Shown in pieces: positions 17,101 through 27,645 of a DNA stretch of 32,000 nucleotides. Each line of letters opens with the position of its first letter. Position 1 is the first letter of the stretch. The position numbers were made by a program, and so were the translations under genes. Source of the stretch: Zestosphaera tikiterensis (lineage in GTDB: Archaea > Thermoproteota > Thermoprotei_A > Sulfolobales > NBVN01); contig NBVN01000003.1 in the NCBI GenBank assembly GCA_003056265.1, forward strand, positions 60,001 to 92,000. The letters run 5' to 3'. A model generated the notes under the pieces. The model was given only the letters and a program-made list of their open reading frames with translations, was not told the origin of the DNA and made no database searches.

Positions 17101-17242
17101 CACTTATAAGTTTTTTGCTTGTATACCCACGCATGTAGGCCAACTGCCTAGCGAAGCAGTTTTAAGTTTTATAGGTGTTGAATAGGTATTAATAGTGCTT
17201 CATTTAGTGGTGGGTTTATAAGTTTTGCTAGCGCTATCGTAA

Positions 17243-17455
17243 AGTGAGGGTTGGGTTGACGATTCGATGAGGAGACGGAGGTAAGGATGAAACCCAACCT
17301 AATGAGGCCCTACCTTCGCTTGAGGGAGTCTAGCGGAGCGATGCGGAAGTCTAAGGCAATGAAGCTAAGCTCTCGAAAAGCGGGGGGTGGAGCGAGGATA
17401 GGGGCGATGAGTACCTACGTATGCAAACGAAAGCTTACATAGGTACGAACCCTAA
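17243..17455 (+). ncRNA. Candidate structured RNA, or a leader plus a 51-aa basic micro-ORF (17287..17442); unassigned (block C)
   Basis: TTTATAAG box at 17215-17222, purine/G-rich + strand, three helices of at least 9 bp, GGAGGT 4 nt before ATG 17287. See findings. Confidence 0.3.
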
Positions 17456-17457
17456 AG

Positions 17458-17901
17458 TTATGAAACGCTAACTACGTCTATATCGTAGTATCGTTTTAAG
17501 ATTACCCTAACTTTATTAACGTTACGTCCGTTCTTACCTATCGCTAACCCTTTATCCTCAGGCATTACTTTAACCTGCAATATCTTCTTACCGTCTTTAA
17601 GCTTGTTCAACTTTATGCTAACTACCCTTGCAGGCAGAAAGAGATTCTTAACGAAGTCTTCAAGTGAGTCAGCCCACTCAACGACCTCAATCCTCCTGCC
17701 TAAGATCTTAGAGAGTTGCTTAACGTTCTTTCCTTTAGCACCTACAGCTAAGCCGGCGGTTCCTGGGGGGACTATATATATTAACGTGTTAGACTCTTCA
17801 TCGACGATGCAGTCCTTAGCCGTAATCCCGGTGATGTCGTTTAAAAGTGCTATATACTTAAGCTCGTCCGCAGTTAATTTTACAGGCAAATCACTTCTCA
17901 C
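17458..17901 (-). CDS. nusA: Archaeal NusA-like protein (two KH domains)
   Basis: Two GxxG KH motifs (VGAKGKNVKQL, IGKNGRNVNKV), about 147 aa, in the position after rpl30e. The GTG start overlaps the rpl30e stop by 11 nt. Confidence 0.85.
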   Translation of the reverse strand: MRSDLPVKLTADELKYIALLNDITGITAKDCIVDEESNTLIYIVPPGTAGLAVGAKGKNVKQLSKILGRRIEVVEWADSLEDFVKNLFLPARVVSIKLNKLKDGKKILQVKVMPEDKGLAIGKNGRNVNKVRVILKRYYDIDVVSVS

Positions 17902-18202
17902 CTACTTCAAGTATTTTCGAATCACCTGGTTCTAACACAGCAACTAAAGTTACTGGGAAGGGCTTACCTAAAACAGACCCTAGGTCGTAACTGCTTCCCG
18001 GGTACTTAATCACTTTAATGTTGCCTAACTTAGCGTAATACATAACGTCCTCCAATAAGTTTTTAGGTATGTTATTCGCAACTATAACGCCTACGGCCTT
18101 ACCCAACTTAACTGCTTCAATGCTTCTTTTAGATCCTAAAACAACCTTCCCGGTCTTATACAGTAGCTTTATATCTGTATCTATCGGCGTAGCTTGCGAC
18201 AT
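17891..18202 (-). CDS. rpl30e: 50S ribosomal protein L30e (eL30)
   Basis: L7Ae/L30e-fold sequence (GKVVLGSKRSIEAVKLGKAVGVIVANNIP) in the conserved position between rpoA'' and nusA. Confidence 0.9.
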   Translation of the reverse strand: MSQATPIDTDIKLLYKTGKVVLGSKRSIEAVKLGKAVGVIVANNIPKNLLEDVMYYAKLGNIKVIKYPGSSYDLGSVLGKPFPVTLVAVLEPGDSKILEVGEK

Positions 18203-18205
18203 GCT

Positions 18206-22335
<4,130 letters not shown>

Positions 22336-22341
22336 CTAAAA

Positions 22342-25300
22342 TCACCTCGATATTTTATCCTTAATTATTAACTTCGGGTAGATCATCATACTCATCATCT
22401 CCTGAATCAAGAGTTTGAACGCGTATGACACGTTTACAGGGACTAACTTCTCGCTCTCGCCGTGGATTGGGCATATATACTTACCCTTACGCCTATCAAA
22501 CCATCCTATCAAACCGCATTTCTCGCAGACGTAGATCGTAAACTTATCTGAGCTCTCCAGCAGTCTTTCCTTAAGCAGTATGGGAGCACCATGACCTATT
22601 ATGGCGTCTCTCTCCATTTCACCGAACCTTAAACCGCCCTCTCTAGCCCTACCTTCAGTAGGTTGTCTAGTGAGGAGCTGGACAGGCCCTCTAGCCCTTG
22701 CGTGAATCTTATCTGAAACCATATGATGCAGCCTCTGGTAGTAAACTATACCTATGAAGACTGGAGTCATTATTAACTCGCCGGTTCTTCCGTCGTACAT
22801 AGGTTCAGTACCGTTAAGCGGGTACCCGCTTAGGAGTAACTCCCTCTCAAGATCTTCTAATTTCTCGTTAGCGAAGGGAGTTCCGTCGACGAACCTACCG
22901 AGGAGCGCTGCCACCTTACCGGCTATCGCCTCTATCAGCTGTCCTACGGTCATTCTCGAAGGTAGGGCATGCGGGTTTATTATGAGATCCGGCGTTATCC
23001 CGTCGACGGTATACGGCATATCGTATTGAGGAACTAGAAGACCAACAACTCCCTTCTGACCATGTCTCGACGCGAACTTATCGCCGATTTCAGGTATTCT
23101 TAAATCCCTTACCCTAGCCCTAACTAGTTTATTACCTTCGCCGCTGACGGTTATCGCTACGGTGTCTACGATGCCTCTATCGCCGTGACGTAAGCTTACC
23201 GACGTATCCCTCTTAGTCTCGCTGGTTAGCCCAAACTCCTTATATTCCTCGATGAATCTAGGCGGTGATATCTTACCTATTAAGACGTTGCCGGACTCTA
23301 CATCAACTTCAGGAGCTACTATACCGTCCTCATCAAGTAGTCTGTAATTGTCTCTACCTCTGTACCCTTTAACGCTAGGGTCTGGGATACTTATGACGTC
23401 TTTCTCACCGCCGGGATATCGTAGCTCTTCAACACTATATTCTCTGAAGAATGTTGACCTAGCCAACCCTCTCTCAACAGAGGATTTGTTAAGTATTACG
23501 GCGTCCTCCATGTTATATCCTGTGAATGAAAGCACAGCTACGATAAAGTTCTGCCCAGCGGGTCTTGTGTTATAACCTATCAACTCAAGGAACCTCGTTT
23601 GAACTAACGGCTTCTGAGGATAGTGTAGGAAATGCGCTCTGCTATCGAACCTCAGATGGAAGTTAGCCGCGTTTAAACCTACTGCCTGCTTAGCCATAGC
23701 CGATTGATACGCGTTCCTAGGTGATTGATTATGTTCAGCATACGGTATTAAAGCCGCCGCAATACCTAATATAGCGGGTGGATATATCTCAAGATGCGTG
23801 TGTTCCTCCGTTAAGTCTTCAGGGTTTAAAGCTATGTACGCATCCTCCTCTTCCTCCGCATCCAGATACTCTACAACACCTAAGCTAACCAATTGTGAGA
23901 ATGGGATCTTACCCTCCTTAACCTTAGAGATTAGCTCTTTAGTTACCTTCACAGAACCGTTTTCAACGATTAGCAACGGGCGTCTAACCCTACCTGAATC
24001 ACAGTTGACGTAGACCTCATTAAGGTATTCAGTCCTTAAGTATGAAACATTCACTTCATGATGTATCTTACCCGCTCTCCTAAGCTCCCTTAACTTACTC
24101 ACAAGCTCTGAAGCGTCCTCCCGCGGGTAATAACCAACTAAAGTCCCGTTGAGGTATACCTTAGCGTACGTCATCACCTGCTCGTAAAGTTCTTCATCAC
24201 CGTTCCTTAAGCGTTCGTAAACCTCAACAAGCGGGATTAACCCTAACTCCTTAAGAACCGCTAAAACTACAGACTCCTCCACACCCACCGATATGTAGGA
24301 ACTTAACGCTAAGTTCTTAACTAAGCCGCAGTTAGGCCCTTCAGGCGTTTCAAACGGGCATATCCTACCCCATTGCGTTGGGTGTAAATCACGTGCTTCG
24401 AAATGCGGCTGCCCCCTACTCAGAGGAGCTACCGTCCTTCTTAAGTGGCTGTGCATGGAAATCCAGTTGGTCCTGTCTAATATCTGACTTACTCCAGTTC
24501 TGTTACCTACCCAATTCCCGGTAGCTAACGCGTGGTTAAACCTCTCCGTTACGATGTCAGGCCTTGCTAAGGCTTTAAGTGAGAGCTTCCTCCCTTTAGT
24601 TAGCTTATGCCTTTCAACCTGATACTTCAGGTCTTTCATGTAAGCCTTAAAAGCAACTCTAAAGAGCTGAGCTAGTAAATCACCAGCTAGCCTTAACCTT
24701 CTGTTGGCGTAATGATCCTTATCGTCTGGTTTCCTCCTACCCAACATAAGCTCAATTAACTTGCAAGCCATCTGCCCTAAATACAGGGCTTTTAAAAGTC
24801 TTGACTCAGGACTATTACCTAAATGCGGTAGGAAATACGTATCAATTATCTGCAAGGCTCTTTCCTTCCTAGCCTTAACGTCAACTATACCTATAGCTAC
24901 CCTAGACGCTATGTAGTCTAGAGCTTCATCCTGTGTTTTTATCTCTCTTGCTTGATAGAACGAAGGTATTAACTCATTCTGTATTTCCGGATCTGGAGAA
25001 ACGGCTAAGGCTATGTCTCGATCTGTTTCGATGCCTAAAGCCCTCATCATAATGACGAACGGTATCTTCTGAGGTATTGACGGGAAGTTTAACGTTAGCG
25101 TGCCGTCCTTTAACCTATCGAGTATTATAGGAACTCTATAACCTGAAGATGCGGATATCACCTTAGCTGTATGCGTTATCGTTGAGGTTTCCTTACCGTA
25201 GTCTACGAAGACTCTGTTAGGTGCTAGATCCTCTTGAGTGACTATAACCCTTTCAGAACCGTTTATTATGAAGTAACCTCCAGGATCCCGCCAATCCTCA

Positions 25301-25761
25301 CCTATCTTTATCAACTCATCCTTACTCATCTTAGACGTCGGGTCTAACACGGACCTAACCATAATCGGCAACTGCCCTAACGGGACGTTATCCTCAACTG
25401 TTTCAACGCCGTCCTCATGTATGACGACCTTCAAATACATAGGAGCGCTGTACGTGAGGTTCCTAATCCTAGCCGTCATGGGGTTTATATGCTCGATGTC
25501 TGTGATTGGCGCTCCCTCAACCTCCTTAAATTCAGGTTCTCCAATCTTAACGTCAACAACCTCAAGGTATGTCTTAGGAGACCCTATTTCAACCCTACCC
25601 AACTCCTTAACGATTTTCTTAATCCACGAAGTAACGAATTCGTTGTATGAGTCGAGATGTTGCCTCACTAAACCTTTTTCCTTAAGGAACGCTTCCATTA
25701 AAGTCCATCTGTCCTCAAGAGTTAATACGTTGTTATTACTGCCCTTCAAGAACCTCACCAC
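22342..25761 (-). CDS. rpoB: DNA-directed RNA polymerase subunit B (unsplit)
   Basis: GDKFASRHGQKGV and a C-terminal Zn ribbon CEKCG...CPIHG. 1139 aa as a single ORF, which is the crenarchaeal-type arrangement. Confidence 0.95.
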   Translation of the reverse strand: MVRFLKGSNNNVLTLEDRWTLMEAFLKEKGLVRQHLDSYNEFVTSWIKKIVKELGRVEIGSPKTYLEVVDVKIGEPEFKEVEGAPITDIEHINPMTARIRNLTYSAPMYLKVVIHEDGVETVEDNVPLGQLPIMVRSVLDPTSKMSKDELIKIGEDWRDPGGYFIINGSERVIVTQEDLAPNRVFVDYGKETSTITHTAKVISASSGYRVPIILDRLKDGTLTLNFPSIPQKIPFVIMMRALGIETDRDIALAVSPDPEIQNELIPSFYQAREIKTQDEALDYIASRVAIGIVDVKARKERALQIIDTYFLPHLGNSPESRLLKALYLGQMACKLIELMLGRRKPDDKDHYANRRLRLAGDLLAQLFRVAFKAYMKDLKYQVERHKLTKGRKLSLKALARPDIVTERFNHALATGNWVGNRTGVSQILDRTNWISMHSHLRRTVAPLSRGQPHFEARDLHPTQWGRICPFETPEGPNCGLVKNLALSSYISVGVEESVVLAVLKELGLIPLVEVYERLRNGDEELYEQVMTYAKVYLNGTLVGYYPREDASELVSKLRELRRAGKIHHEVNVSYLRTEYLNEVYVNCDSGRVRRPLLIVENGSVKVTKELISKVKEGKIPFSQLVSLGVVEYLDAEEEEDAYIALNPEDLTEEHTHLEIYPPAILGIAAALIPYAEHNQSPRNAYQSAMAKQAVGLNAANFHLRFDSRAHFLHYPQKPLVQTRFLELIGYNTRPAGQNFIVAVLSFTGYNMEDAVILNKSSVERGLARSTFFREYSVEELRYPGGEKDVISIPDPSVKGYRGRDNYRLLDEDGIVAPEVDVESGNVLIGKISPPRFIEEYKEFGLTSETKRDTSVSLRHGDRGIVDTVAITVSGEGNKLVRARVRDLRIPEIGDKFASRHGQKGVVGLLVPQYDMPYTVDGITPDLIINPHALPSRMTVGQLIEAIAGKVAALLGRFVDGTPFANEKLEDLERELLLSGYPLNGTEPMYDGRTGELIMTPVFIGIVYYQRLHHMVSDKIHARARGPVQLLTRQPTEGRAREGGLRFGEMERDAIIGHGAPILLKERLLESSDKFTIYVCEKCGLIGWFDRRKGKYICPIHGESEKLVPVNVSYAFKLLIQEMMSMMIYPKLIIKDKISR

Positions 25762-25764
25762 CCC

Positions 25765-26019
25765 TTAACCAGCTATGACAAACCTATAAACAACTATCTT
25801 ACCAGCCGTAGGCGATTTACGTGTTATCCTCACAATATCCCCTGGCTTCGCACCTATAGCTACCGCCACAGGATCTGAAGCCCGTAAGTAAGGCAGTTGA
25901 TCGGGGCGAACGCCCAACTCCTTCAAAACTTTAATGGCTTCCTCAGGACTTAAAACCTCATGCTTAGGCACCAACTCATGTTCTATTACATTCACCTTCT
26001 TGCTCACCATCTTAACCAA
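25765..26019 (-). CDS. rpoH: DNA-directed RNA polymerase subunit H (Rpb5 homologue)
   Basis: [14 protein letters not shown]...[11 protein letters not shown]...[19 protein letters not shown] pattern, immediately upstream of rpoB. Confidence 0.85.
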   Translation of the reverse strand: MVKMVSKKVNVIEHELVPKHEVLSPEEAIKVLKELGVRPDQLPYLRASDPVAVAIGAKPGDIVRITRKSPTAGKIVVYRFVIAG

Positions 26020-26123
26020 CCTACCACTCGCTAATTACGTAAATGAGAACACATATTTTAAGCTTTAACATCCTCACACCGACCCAAACAAATTTTTAAG
26101 GTATCAACAAATATAAGTTTTGG

Positions 26124-26230
<107 letters not shown>

Positions 26231-26336
26231 CAAAACCTTCGTGGTGAATTAAATTTTGTATTAAATACAGGAGTAACTTTAGCTTTTGGTAATCCATAGC
26301 CGTAACTGTTTATCTTTACTCTTTTAAAGTGCTAGG

Positions 26337-27017
26337 TTAGGGTAGTATGTTTATAATTTTAGTTTTCTTGAGCTTATTCGCAACGGACTCTTCATCCATT
26401 AAGACTATGGTTAAGGCTAAGATGTGCCTCAACTCGTACGTGCTTATGAAGTATGAGAAATGATCAGCTACTTCATTATTAAGTACCGAATGCACTGTAA
26501 CTACAGTATCCCCCTTACGTAGAGCTAAGTGGGCCTTACTCTCATAGCCTATGATTGCCGGCTCCTCAACGGCTAATATTACCGGGACGTTAAACCAGGA
26601 CGAAAGGAACGCCGCTATATTAAGTGAGTAATCCGGAAGCGTTAATAACTTATCAAGTATTGAGCCAGCCAACCCACTAATAACTTTATACTTGAAATAC
26701 AACGCTACATATTGTTGGAATGTAGGCTCTGTAAAAACTTTATTTAAATCCCACCCATACTCACTCATAATCCTACTGACGTATTTCTTAACGAATCCAT
26801 CGGAAAGCAGTAGGTTTAATATGTTTTTAGCTGTTTGCGTAGCAGGTATTGAGATACCGTGGTAGTACTTACTAACTACGGTTTCGCTTAGGCCTAAAGC
26901 GTTAGCTAACTCAACATTTTTAAAGACTCTTCTCGCCGCGGCAATCGCAGCTATCGCATCCACCTTCAACATTAAGTTCAAGTACTTTCTACTTAACGTC
27001 CATTTCACCTTACTCAC
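26337..27017 (-). CDS. Putative regulator: N-terminal helix-turn-helix plus a C-terminal phosphoribosyltransferase-like fold with a degenerate PRPP loop
   Basis: HTH-like ELANALGLSETVVSKYYHG. The C-terminal half follows the PRT layout (..LTLPDYSLNIAAFLSSWFNVPVILAVEEP.. / LRKGDTVVTVHSVLNNEVA), but the usual acidic-pair/TTG loop reads VHSVLNNE. A TATA-like ATATATAAA lies about 28 nt upstream of the GTG start, suggesting a leaderless mRNA. Confidence 0.45.
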   Translation of the reverse strand: MSKVKWTLSRKYLNLMLKVDAIAAIAAARRVFKNVELANALGLSETVVSKYYHGISIPATQTAKNILNLLLSDGFVKKYVSRIMSEYGWDLNKVFTEPTFQQYVALYFKYKVISGLAGSILDKLLTLPDYSLNIAAFLSSWFNVPVILAVEEPAIIGYESKAHLALRKGDTVVTVHSVLNNEVADHFSYFISTYELRHILALTIVLMDEESVANKLKKTKIINILP

Positions 27018-27102
27018 TAAGATTAAAGTACTTCCTTGCTTTATATATGGTTGACTTCGAAAACATAAAGAAATAAAATGTGTGAAGTTAATGCATTTCT
27101 TG

Positions 27103-27150
27103 ATGATGTCTACCTCCGGAACTGACGATGATGAAAAGGCATTTGTCTGA
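27103..27150 (+). ncRNA. C/D box sRNA (2'-O-methylation guide)
   Basis: C box ATGATGT 27103-27109, 12 nt, D' box CTGA 27122-27125, 2 nt, C' box ATGATGA 27128-27134, 12 nt, D box CTGA 27147-27150. This is the canonical archaeal spacing, in an intergenic location. Confidence 0.75.
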
Positions 27151-27295
27151 ACATCTTAAACACGTTATTGAGGTCGTCGCGTGGGTTTTACATCACGAAT
27201 CAGCGCTTATAGACCTACTTCATCCCAGCCATTTAATAGTCAAAGAGTTTAAATACATTACGTAGTTTAACCATGTGTAAGGCCTGTGAGGTGTG

Positions 27296-27523
27296 ATGAT
27301 GAAAATACTTGGGAATGTTACGATCCCTCTGCTACTAACTCTATATGGATTGATTTGGATTTCCTTACAACCGGTTATGATATACGTATTAAGTAGGGTC
27401 TTCGGTTCATCCTTAATAGGGCAGATATCGGGGTTCGTAACTTACGGATTAATCAACGTAGTGTTTCTTTACAGCTGGTTTAAACTAGCTAAAGCAATTA
27501 GAGACAGTAAAATCTTGGATTGA
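27296..27523 (+). CDS. Small hypothetical membrane protein (2 predicted TM helices)
   Basis: GAGGTG SD at 27288-27293 followed by ATG ATG (27296/27299). Two hydrophobic segments, no recognised family. Confidence 0.4.
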   Translation: MMKILGNVTIPLLLTLYGLIWISLQPVMIYVLSRVFGSSLIGQISGFVTYGLINVVFLYSWFKLAKAIRDSKILD

Positions 27524-27645
27524 AGCTCAGCGCTACAGTGGTTCTTCATCAATCAGTCCGCCCGTCGTTAACTTCATAGCCATAACCTTAATACTTACGC
27601 GACTATTTAACTTTTTAGTGGGTAATAATTTACGTTGAAACCCTT

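Noticed and set aside
16905-17455. Tried to read the GC-rich blocks as RNase P RNA (including the minimal type T), SRP 7S RNA, 5S rRNA, split-tRNA halves or H/ACA RNAs.
   Set aside because: I found no GGAAAGUCC-like CR-I or ACAGAA...GGCUUA-like CR-V pair capable of forming P4. There is no SRP helix-8 GGAA/AGCA motif set, no T-arm GTTCRAATC, and no hairpin-ACA spacing. Only vague resemblances turned up (GGAGGTAAGG, ACGAAAGCTTAC). This cannot be decided by eye, so the blocks stay unassigned.
27174-27226. Possible second, minus-strand C/D-like sRNA: GGGATGA-16 nt-CTGA-TTC-GTGATGT-12 nt-ACGA.
   Set aside because: The C box has a mismatch at the conserved U, the first spacer is 16 nt rather than about 12, and the terminal D box is ACGA (two mismatches). 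It is too degenerate to call without expression or target data.
27527-27580. Minus-strand C/D-like arrangement downstream of leuS: ATGAAGT-14 nt-CTGA-T-TGATGA-15 nt-CTGA.
   Set aside because: The spacers are 14-15 nt, the D'-C' linker is only 1 nt and the C box is poor. It is probably chance, although 3'-UTR C/D sRNAs do exist in crenarchaea.
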